32,000 bases of DNA, from assembly GCF_020969955.1 (NCBI RefSeq), contig NZ_JAHDSX010000008.1, positions 30,001 through 62,000 of the forward strand, read 5' to 3'. Positions 16,965 to 24,700 of the stretch are shown piece after piece (the stretch's first letter is position 1; each line of letters begins with the position of its first letter). The notes beneath the pieces were generated by a model. It was not told the origin of the DNA. It ran no database searches and saw nothing but the letters and a program-made list of their open reading frames with translations. The translations under genes were made by a program, and so were the position numbers. This DNA is from Allobaculum fili (GTDB lineage: Bacteria; Bacillota_I; Bacilli_A; Erysipelotrichales; Erysipelotrichaceae).

Positions 16965-17603
16965 TTACTTCTTGATTTCGTGGAATTTGTCAGCGGCTTT
17001 TTTGCAGAGGGCTTCGATTTCGTCGAATTTGCCTTCTTTGATCAGATCCGTTTTAACCATCCAGCTTCCGCCTACGCAGAAGATGCAGTCATCCTTGAGG
17101 TAGTCTTCCATGTTCTTTTCGTTGATTCCGCCAGACGGCATGAAACGCATCATGTTGAACGGAGCAGCGATGTTCTTGATCATTTTCAGACCGCCGGAAG
17201 CTTCAGCCGGGAAGAATTTTACTTCGCGCAGACCGAGTACGTAGCACTGCTGAATATCGGTCGGGGTGCAGGTTCCTGGGAGAACCGGTACGTTCTTTTC
17301 GATGCAGTATTTTACTACGTCTGCATCAAGCGCCGGGGATACGATGAACTGAGCACCAGCTTCGAGAGCTTCGTCAACCATAGCGGTTGTGAGAACGGTT
17401 CCGGCACCAACGAGCAGTTCCGGACATTCCTTGCGCATAACGGCAATGGAATCTTTAGCTGCTGCGGTACGGAAGGTTACTTCGGCAGCAGGCAGGCCGC
17501 CGGCCAGCAGAGTCTTGCCGAGGGGAGCGGCATCTTTTACATCTTCGAGTACGACAACAGGGATAATTCCGATCTGTTCAAATTTTTCAAACGTTGCATT
17601 CAT
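16965..17603 (-). CDS. eda: 2-dehydro-3-deoxyphosphogluconate (KDPG) aldolase
   Basis: 212 aa of the Eda/KdgA family (IIPVVVLEDVKDAAPLGKTLLAGGLPAAEVTFRT...GAGTVLT...FIVSP...LPG..TPT...KFFPAE..GG). ATG 17603 is preferred because AGGTGA lies 5 nt upstream. The track's start at 17612 is a GTG. Confidence 0.9.
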   Translation of the reverse strand: MNATFEKFEQIGIIPVVVLEDVKDAAPLGKTLLAGGLPAAEVTFRTAAAKDSIAVMRKECPELLVGAGTVLTTAMVDEALEAGAQFIVSPALDADVVKYCIEKNVPVLPGTCTPTDIQQCYVLGLREVKFFPAEASGGLKMIKNIAAPFNMMRFMPSGGINEKNMEDYLKDDCIFCVGGSWMVKTDLIKEGKFDEIEALCKKAADKFHEIKK

Positions 17604-17675
17604 ATGGGTCACCTGATTCTTTCTTTATCCAACATCGACAGCCAGCATGGCAAATCACGCCTGCACCGGCTTCGA

Positions 17676-17708
17676 AAGCCTGTACTAAAAGCCTGTACTA
17701 ATAGTACA
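17676..17708. promoter_or_regulatory. candidate operator: tandem AAGCCTGTACTA x2 ending in the perfect palindrome TGTACTA-A-TAGTACA
   Basis: Direct repeats lie at 17676-17687 and 17689-17700. A 15-bp perfect inverted repeat lies at 17694-17708, about 90-105 bp upstream of the eda start. The GT...AC core is of the kind used by GntR-type repressors. Confidence 0.4.
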
Positions 17709-18283
17709 TCGTGAACGCGCATAACTTGCCTGATGTGATTGCCGGCTGTATTACGGGCATTGGCAATGTCTGTATTCTACTCATTTCCCTTTTGGAAATT
17801 CATCGCATTCTTTGCGTGATGCCTTGAAATTCTTGCGAGAGAAATCCGTGCCCCTTTCAGGCATTGAACGGCCCTTTTATTGTAAGTACCAGCAGACAGG
17901 GCAAAAAAACGCGCTTAAACGTACCCGTATGTATTGTTTTCCTCCTACGCAACGATTGCCGAATTTGTACAGACCGCTCGCTGCCGCGACAAAGGAAGGC
18001 AAAACGGGCCATGCGAAAATCGCGTCGATCCGTCAGAAGCCGCTTTGCAAAACGGATGATGTTTCGAATTTTTCCGTTTCCAGTGGACACGTTTTTCAAG
18101 AAAGCCTTTCCGAAACGCATTTCAAAAAGGCTTTCCAAACCGTTTTCTGCAGGATGCCCTCGCCGCTGCCGCTTGAAGCGATACACTCGCATCGAGAGAT
18201 CTTATGTCTGAAGGTGCGGATCGTTTCAAGCGCAGCAAGGAATGCTGTACCCGATTTCGAATTACGAATTAAAGGAGTTCACT

Positions 18284-19699
18284 ATGAAAAAATTTATGGA
18301 TGAAGACTTCCTGCTGGAAACCCCGGAAGCCAGACATCTTTTCCATGACTTTGCCGAGCAGATGCCGGTTGTGGATTACCACTGCCACATCAATCCGCAG
18401 GAAATTTACGAAGACCGTCAGTTTGACAATATCGCTCAGGTATGGCTGGGCGGCGACCACTACAAATGGCGCCAGATGCGTTCCAACGGCATCGATGAAA
18501 AATTCATCACCGGCGACGCATCGGACTGGGAAAAATTCCTCGCCTACGCGAAAACTCTCGACAAGGCGATCGGCAATCCGCTCTACCACTGGTCTCACCT
18601 CGAACTTCAGCGCTTCTTTGGCTGCACAGGCGTACTGAGCGAAAAGACCGCGAAAGAGGTATGGGAGCTCTGCAACGAACAGCTCAAGAGCCCGGAAATG
18701 TCCGCACGCAACCTGATCAAGAAAGCGAACGTTACCCTGCTTTGCACGACCGACGATCCGATCGACGATCTCAAATGGCACAAGCTGATCAAGGAAGACG
18801 AAAGCTTTGACGTGCAGGTTCTTCCCGCCTGGAGACCGGACCGTGCCGTCAACATCAACAAGGATGACTTCAACAGCTACATCGATCAGCTAGCTGAAGT
18901 TTCCAAAATGGAAATCAAAACGTATGCCGATCTGAAAGAAGCGCTCTCCAAGCGTCTGGAATTCTTCGCTGCCAACGGCTGCTCCGTATCCGACCACGGT
19001 CTGGACTACGTAATGTATGCGCCGGCAAGTGAAGAAGAAGTGGAAGCGATCTTCGCGAAGAAACGAAACGGCGAAGCGCTCAGCACTCAGGAAGCGGATC
19101 AGTTCAAGACCGCTCTGGTTGCCGCTCTGGCCAAAGAATACAAAAACCGCGGCTGGGTGATGCAGCTGCACTACGGCTGCCTGCGCAACAACAACACCCC
19201 GATGTTTGAAAAGCTTGGCGCCGACACCGGTTACGACTGCATTTCCAACTACACCCCGGCCAGCCAGCTCACCAGTTTCCTCAACCATGTGGAATCCAAC
19301 GGCGGCCTGCCCAAGACCATTCTTTACTCCCTCAATCCAGCCGATGATGAAATGATCGGCACCGTGATCGGCTGCTTCCAGAACAGCGATGCCATCGGCA
19401 AAATCCAGCAGGGTTCTGCATGGTGGTTCAACGACAACAAGAGCGGCATGATCAAGCAGATGACTGCCCTGGCCAACCTTGGTCTGCTTGGCAACTTCAT
19501 CGGCATGCTCACCGACTCCCGCAGCTTCCTTTCCTACCCGCGTCATGAATACTTCCGCCGCATTCTTTGCAACCTCGTTGGCGGATGGGTAGAAAACGGC
19601 GAGTTCCCGGCAGACGATGATCTGCTTGCTCCGATCATCAAAGGCATCTCCTACAACAACACCCTTCGCTACTTCGGCTTCGATCTCGAACAGAAGTAA
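18284..19699 (+). CDS. uxaC: glucuronate (uronate) isomerase
   Basis: 471 aa, collinear with E. coli UxaC (FMDEDFLL...DYHCH...GDHYKWR.MR.NG...GNPLYHW.HLEL...GWV.QLH.G.LRNNN...GMLTDSRSFLSY.RHEYFRRILC). AAAGGAG RBS. TAA stop. Confidence 0.95.
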   Translation: MKKFMDEDFLLETPEARHLFHDFAEQMPVVDYHCHINPQEIYEDRQFDNIAQVWLGGDHYKWRQMRSNGIDEKFITGDASDWEKFLAYAKTLDKAIGNPLYHWSHLELQRFFGCTGVLSEKTAKEVWELCNEQLKSPEMSARNLIKKANVTLLCTTDDPIDDLKWHKLIKEDESFDVQVLPAWRPDRAVNINKDDFNSYIDQLAEVSKMEIKTYADLKEALSKRLEFFAANGCSVSDHGLDYVMYAPASEEEVEAIFAKKRNGEALSTQEADQFKTALVAALAKEYKNRGWVMQLHYGCLRNNNTPMFEKLGADTGYDCISNYTPASQLTSFLNHVESNGGLPKTILYSLNPADDEMIGTVIGCFQNSDAIGKIQQGSAWWFNDNKSGMIKQMTALANLGLLGNFIGMLTDSRSFLSYPRHEYFRRILCNLVGGWVENGEFPADDDLLAPIIKGISYNNTLRYFGFDLEQK

Positions 19700-19771
19700 T
19701 CAGAAGAAATCAAAGGGAGTTTTCGCTCCATCCAAACTGCAGACGGACTGAATCTCACCCCATATAAACGA

Positions 19772-19803
19772 AACGGCTCGCATTTTTGCGGGCCGTTTTT
19801 CTG
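19772..19803 (+). terminator. rho-independent terminator after uxaC
   Basis: Stem AACGGCTCGCA / TGCGGGCCGTT (one mismatch) with a T-rich loop, followed by TTTTTCTGTATTTT. Confidence 0.7.
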
Positions 19804-19894
19804 TATTTTCCTGTTCTAATTGGTTCTGGACTTGCCGGTTTCTGCTTTTCCCCTTTCGCCTTTTCCAGTCTGCGGTTTGGTTCAAAGCTGTCTT

Positions 19895-20431
19895 TTAACT
19901 GTATTCGACAGTTTCCGCGTCTAAAACTGAAACGACGGAGGTTTCCTCTGGTTTGCCCTGTCCTGGGAGGTTCATGAATTCCTGTCCATGACTGTTTTCA
20001 TAATACGTACGGACTTCTTCGGACAGCTGATCGGGAATCATAGCTTTTACCGCTTCTTCACTGCCGAGTTCCTGAGCCATCTCGTAATACCAGCACTTGA
20101 ACTGAATCATGTTCATTTCCTGCTGAAGTTCAGCGATTTTCTCTTCCAGTACGCTTCTTCGCTTTTCAAAAAGCGCTTTGCGTTTTGCGAACGTTTTGCT
20201 TCCCTGTCCAGCCATCTCCATGAACGTCTGAATGTCCCGAATTTCCAGTCCGCTCGCTTTCAGGCACTGAATGACGCGAATCGATTCAATATTCTCTTCT
20301 GAAAATGAACGGATTCCATTGGTCTTTTACAGATTCGGAATCAGGTTTTGCCGGTCATAATAGTGCCGCGTGGAAATTGGTATCCCAAACATTGCGCTGA
20401 CCTGTCCAATCGATGCTTCTGTCTTTTTCAT
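19895..20431 (-). pseudogene. MerR-family transcriptional regulator interrupted by an in-frame TAA at codon 35
   Basis: The minus frame from ATG 20431 reads MKKTEASIGQVSAMFGIPISTRHYYDRQNLIPNL*KTNGIRSFSEENIESIRVIQCLKASGLEIRDIQTFMEMAGQ.... The MerR HTH and wing run straight through the stop at 20329-20327. The track ORF 19895..20221 is the same frame. Confidence 0.75.
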
Positions 20432-20449
20432 TTTTCGAGTGCTTCCTCC

Positions 20450-20480
20450 TTGAGCTGAAGTCAGGTTCAGGGTATACCCT
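20450..20480 (+). promoter_or_regulatory. putative MerR-type promoter/operator for the hydrolase gene
   Basis: TTGAGC (20450-55), a 17-nt spacer containing the inverted repeat CTGAA-N6-TTCAG (20455-20470), then TATACC. Alternatively a 19-nt spacer to TACCCT. It sits in the 77-bp divergent spacer. Confidence 0.3.
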
Positions 20481-20508
20481 TTGCTCGTCATCATACAAGG
20501 AGGAACTT

Positions 20509-21495
20509 ATGAACACAGTATCCAGTACTGAACTGACGCTTACCGAAGACTGGGACAAAGTCTTCCCAGAAAGCGATCGCGTAAACCATCATAAAGTCGT
20601 CTTTCCAAACCGTTACGGCATCCTTCTGGCTGCCGACGTCTATGAACCGAAGACGGCAGAGAGAAAACTGCCTGCCATTGCCATCAGCGGCCCATTTGGG
20701 GCGGTGAAAGAACAGGCCTCTGGACTGTACGCGCAGAAACTTGCCGAAATGGGCTATTGCACCCTGGCCTTTGATCCGTCCTTTACCAAAGAAAGCGGCG
20801 GCTTCCCGCGTCGTGTGGCTTCCCCGGATATCAATACGGAAGACTTCAGTACCGCCGTTGACTTCCTGTCCAATACCGACAAAGTCGATCCAGAAAGGAT
20901 CGGCATTCTTGGCATTTGCGGATTTGGCGGTATGGCGTTAAATGCCGCCAGCAATGATCCCCATATCAAAGCTGCCGTAACGAGCACGATGTACAACATG
21001 TCCGAAAATATTTCGAAAGGCTACTTCGACACGGAAGATTCCAAAGAAGCACGCAACGCGAAACGTGCCGCGATCGCAAGACAGAGAACGATCGATTTTA
21101 AAAACCGTGACCAGAAACGCGGCGGCGGTGTCGTCAATCCCGTTCCCACAGATGCACCGCAGTTTATAAAGGATTATCACGACTACTACAAGACGCCGCG
21201 AGGCTATCACCCCCGTTCCGGCAACTGTACCGACGGCTGGAACGTGACCGGTACAGCTTCCTTTCTGAATATGCGGCTCAATACGTATATTGATGAAATT
21301 GAAGCCCCTGTCCTTCTGATCCATGGAGAAAAGGCGCATTCCCTGTCCTATTCCAAAGAAGCGTACTCGCATCTCAAAGGGGAGAACAAGGAGCTTCTGA
21401 TTATTCCAGGCGCCTCCCATACCGATCTGTACGATCAGATGGCTATCATTCCGTTCGCGAAAATCGACGAATTTTATACGAACGCCTTCCGCTAG
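20509..21495 (+). CDS. alpha/beta-fold hydrolase
   Basis: 328 aa with RBS AAGGAGGAACTT. The fold pattern is DVYEPK...LPAIAISGPFGAVKEQ...IGILGICGFGGMALNAA (the candidate nucleophile elbow has Cys rather than Ser) ...LLIHGEKAH...IPGASHTDLYD. It is divergent from the MerR gene. Confidence 0.85.
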   Translation: MNTVSSTELTLTEDWDKVFPESDRVNHHKVVFPNRYGILLAADVYEPKTAERKLPAIAISGPFGAVKEQASGLYAQKLAEMGYCTLAFDPSFTKESGGFPRRVASPDINTEDFSTAVDFLSNTDKVDPERIGILGICGFGGMALNAASNDPHIKAAVTSTMYNMSENISKGYFDTEDSKEARNAKRAAIARQRTIDFKNRDQKRGGGVVNPVPTDAPQFIKDYHDYYKTPRGYHPRSGNCTDGWNVTGTASFLNMRLNTYIDEIEAPVLLIHGEKAHSLSYSKEAYSHLKGENKELLIIPGASHTDLYDQMAIIPFAKIDEFYTNAFR

Positions 21496-21540
21496 AGCGG
21501 ATCGCCTTCGTTTATCCCTGCTCTTTTTAATATTTCTTAA

Positions 21541-21657
21541 TCCGTATCTCGATTCCATAATCCGAATATCGCATCTCGCCTTTCTCTTTTTCTATATTCC
21601 CTATTCCATATTCCATATTCCGCATTCCGTATTCCGTATTCCGCACCCTGTATTTCC
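21541..21657. repeat. degenerate heptanucleotide tandem array (core NNATTCC x7, flanked by decayed units)
   Basis: Positions 21594-21642 read ATATTCC CTATTCC ATATTCC ATATTCC GCATTCC GTATTCC GTATTCC. Decayed units continue in weaker 7-nt register at 21643-21657 (downstream) and, one nt out of phase with the core, at 21543-21591 (upstream). Confidence 0.7.
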
Positions 21658-21689
21658 GCCGAATTTTCAAAATGGGAATGGAGAAATTC

Positions 21690-21741
21690 AAAGCCGGTCT
21701 TCTGAAGCCGTTTTGCTCACGAAGACCGGCTTTTCCTTTTT
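21690..21741 (+). terminator. rho-independent terminator (possibly bidirectional) between the hydrolase and AraC genes
   Basis: 13-bp stem AAAGCCGGTCTTC / GAAGACCGGCTTT with an 18-nt loop, followed by TTTTCCTTTTT. On the minus strand TTTGAATTT follows it. Confidence 0.6.
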
Positions 21742-21981
21742 GCAAGAGAGGAAAGACATAATCAAAAAGCGGAAAGGAAACCAGCCGAAAACTGAATGTC
21801 CTGCGTAGTCCGTACTGTGAGCTGACTGGGCAGTTCTCTTTCGGGCAATAAAAAAGATGAATCCCTGTCTTTGCCCTGCAAAATAAAGCAGTAAGGATAG
21901 TTATTCATCACATTAGTACAGATTTTCAAATCGATCTATACTTGAAAAGGATTAAGTCAGTATATTGCACCCACGCCGGTA

Positions 21982-22872
21982 TTATTTGGCTGTTTCGGCT
22001 TCCTGATCCAGTTTCTGAGTCTGGGTTTTCATGGCATCGAGGCGTTTGTAGCGATCGATCTGTTCTGCTCTCCATTTGGACGGCGACATGCCGAATTCTC
22101 TGTAAAACGCCCGATAGAAACTCGAATATTCTTCAAAGCCGCAGTCCACGGCTGCCTTATTCAGATCATCGCCGGCCATAACGGCTGCCGATGCCGCTTT
22201 CAGACGTTTTTTCAGAACATACTGATGGATGGTCGTTCCCATGGAAGAACGGAAAAGATGGGACAGATGGTACTTCGAAACAAAGAAACGCGAAGCCAGC
22301 GCATCGAGCGAAAGGTCATCGCCCAGATGATCGTCAATATAGGAAAGCAGTCCGGAAACGAGAACGTTCTGCCGATCGGGTTGAACCTGCGCGGTGAAGT
22401 CAAAGAAATAACGGCTCCACCACAGCAGCAGAATCTCAAGCGAGCAGTCCTGGATTTCGCGGGATCCAAACCCGAATCGAACCTGTTCTTCCAGAATGGC
22501 GCTGATCAGGCTGCAGAGGGTCGAGAAAATCGCGAACTCGAAATGCTTCACATAGTTTCTCGTACTGCGGCAGGCATCAAACAGTTTTTTGAAGTCATCG
22601 CTCTTGGTACAGAGCTCGTCGACATAGTCTTTGGAAAGCCATATGACAAAGCGCTCATAGGAAACGCTTGGATCAATGGCGTTTTCATGAACTAGTCCAG
22701 GCGGAATGAGCGCCGTATCGCCGTTGCGGCAGATGTATTCCTTGCCTGCGATATTCATTCGAACCTTGCCGGAGAGAAAAACGGTCAGTTCGAAAAAGTC
22801 GTGCTTATGCACTTCCACATGCGAAAGCGATTTATCGCTGTAGTAGTAAACCTCATAACGCGGTTTCTGCAT
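21982..22872 (-). CDS. AraC-family transcriptional regulator (cupin sensor domain plus C-terminal HTH)
   Basis: The N-terminus is cupin-like (HKHDFFELTVFLSGKVRMNIAGKEY...GDTALIPPGLVHE). The C-terminus is an AraC HTH (LSLDALASRFFVSKYHLSHLFRSSMGTTIHQYVLKKRL...GFEEYSSFYRAFYREFGMSPSKWR). ATG 22872 is preferred because AAGAGG lies 6 nt upstream. It is divergent from uxuA. Confidence 0.85.
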   Translation of the reverse strand: MQKPRYEVYYYSDKSLSHVEVHKHDFFELTVFLSGKVRMNIAGKEYICRNGDTALIPPGLVHENAIDPSVSYERFVIWLSKDYVDELCTKSDDFKKLFDACRSTRNYVKHFEFAIFSTLCSLISAILEEQVRFGFGSREIQDCSLEILLLWWSRYFFDFTAQVQPDRQNVLVSGLLSYIDDHLGDDLSLDALASRFFVSKYHLSHLFRSSMGTTIHQYVLKKRLKAASAAVMAGDDLNKAAVDCGFEEYSSFYRAFYREFGMSPSKWRAEQIDRYKRLDAMKTQTQKLDQEAETAK

Positions 22873-23180
22873 CGTTTGCCTCTTAGAAAAGGGGGTAGAT
22901 AGGTTTTTCTTCATACCCCAAGTATAAGTCCGACTTTATTTTGGGATCATTCCGTGCTCACGCAATTTTTGCAAAGTACAACTCAAATTTAGAAATACCC
23001 TGAAATAAACCGGATTCCTATAATAAACATCGTTAAACAGATGATAAATCTCAGCAATGAAAGCCCATTCCAGAAATTTCAGATTTCCCCGTTAAAAAGG
23101 TCTAGAAAAAAAATGGAATTGTATTTCTCATTGCCAGCAGAAAAACAGACAGCCGCTAAGGCTGCCAGGAGGATATACAC

Positions 23181-24305
23181 ATGGAAATGACACTTAGATG
23201 GTACGGACCTGGTCATGACACGGTTACCCTTGAACAGATCCGCCAGATCCCGGGCGTTACCGGCGTAATCACTACGCTCTACGACAAGAAACCTGGCGAA
23301 GTCTGGACACGCGAAGAAATCCGCGACCTGAAAAAAATCGTTGAAGATGCCGGTCTCAACCTGTCCGGTATCGAATCGGTAAACGTTGCCGACGAAATCA
23401 AATACGCTGGTCCAAACCGCGATCAGCTGATCGACAACTACATCGAAACGCTGAAGAACCTCGGTGAAGAAGGCATCCACCTCGTATGCTACAACTTCAT
23501 GCCTGTGTTCGACTGGACACGTACAGAACTCGCTCGTAAAAGAGCAGACGGTTCAACGGTTCTCGCTTACACCCAGGAAGCTGTAGACAACCTGAACCCG
23601 GAAGAAATGTTTGAATCCGTAGCCGGCGACATGAACGGAACCGTTATGCCAGGCTGGGAACCAGAACGTATGGCAATCGTTAAGGATCTCTTCGAAAAAT
23701 ACAAAAACGTTGACGAAGAAACTCTGCGCGAAAACCTGATCTACTTCCTCAACCGCATCATGCCGGTATGCGATCAGTACAACATCGACATGGCGATTCA
23801 TCCAGATGATCCGGCATGGCCAATCTTCGGTCTGCCCCGCATCATCACTTCCAAGGAAAACATCCTGAAAGTTATGAACGCTGTAGACAACCCGCACAAC
23901 GGTGTAACCTTCTGCGCTGGTTCCTACGGAACTTCCCTGAAAAACGACCTGCCGGATATGATCCGCTCCCTCCCGGGACGCATCCACTTCGCGCACATAA
24001 GAAACCTGAAGTTCAACTCCGAGGATGATTTCGAAGAAGCTGCACATCTTTCCACAGACGGCAACTTCGACATGTACGAAATCGTAAAAGCCCTCCACGA
24101 CATCGGCTTCGACGGACCGATCCGTCCGGACCACGGCCGCATGATCTGGGGCGAAATCGGCATGCCAGGCTACGGTCTGTATGACCGCGCGCTCGGTGCA
24201 ACCTACATCAACGGCCTCTGGGAAGCGGTTGACAAATCCGAAGCCAGAGACCATGCGGATGTAAAAGGCGCCAACGCCGACGCTCTTGCAAAACTTTCCA
24301 AGTAA
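23181..24305 (+). CDS. uxuA: mannonate dehydratase
   Basis: 374 aa. MEMTLRWYGPGHDTVTLEQIRQIPGVTGVITTL parallels E. coli UxuA (MEQTWRWYGPNDPVSL...). AGGAGG RBS. TAA stop. Confidence 0.95.
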   Translation: MEMTLRWYGPGHDTVTLEQIRQIPGVTGVITTLYDKKPGEVWTREEIRDLKKIVEDAGLNLSGIESVNVADEIKYAGPNRDQLIDNYIETLKNLGEEGIHLVCYNFMPVFDWTRTELARKRADGSTVLAYTQEAVDNLNPEEMFESVAGDMNGTVMPGWEPERMAIVKDLFEKYKNVDEETLRENLIYFLNRIMPVCDQYNIDMAIHPDDPAWPIFGLPRIITSKENILKVMNAVDNPHNGVTFCAGSYGTSLKNDLPDMIRSLPGRIHFAHIRNLKFNSEDDFEEAAHLSTDGNFDMYEIVKALHDIGFDGPIRPDHGRMIWGEIGMPGYGLYDRALGATYINGLWEAVDKSEARDHADVKGANADALAKLSK

Positions 24306-24583
24306 GTTTTCGCAGGACGCAAAGTGAACATCACCCCCATGGTGTTCCCGCTTGAAATTTGAACCGCCCGATCTGGATCCGCACAGGCCCCCGTCGAAAC
24401 TTACTCGAACTGTACAGATAAGGATCCAGACAATAGAAACCGAACAAAAGCTTTGAAATGGTCACCTCGCCCAAACCGTCTGAGCGCTCGATCGATGCGC
24501 AGCAGCCATCAGAGGAACACGTTTTAAACCAGGAACAGAACCGGCCTTCCCCCAATTTGGGCAGCTTCTGAACCTGTCTCTTT

Positions 24584-24612
24584 GAAGGAAGCGATCGCGT
24601 ATCGCTTCCTTC
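24584..24612 (+). other. stable hairpin without a U-tract in the uxuA-uxuB spacer
   Basis: Perfect 12-bp stem GAAGGAAGCGAT / ATCGCTTCCTTC with loop CGCGT. Neither strand has a T-run after it. Confidence 0.5.
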
Positions 24613-24700
24613 CTGCATTGCCATTTGCCGATAGCCGTTCCAGACCAGATCGTGATTTGTGTCTGGGAACGGTCTGCCGGCTTGGAAAGAAGGATTACCA

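Noticed and set aside
17812-18303. ORFs of 163, 115 and 111 aa in the eda-uxaC spacer
   Set aside because: They overlap each other in three frames, have basic low-complexity translations, and lack an SD. One simply runs into the uxaC start region.
21594-21642. The repeat array as a CRISPR array or a coding repeat (track ORF 21527..21745)
   Set aside because: The units are 7 nt with no spacers, so this is not a CRISPR array. The ORF reading across it (…EYGMRNMEYGIGNIEKEK…) merely reflects the 21-nt periodicity and has no RBS.
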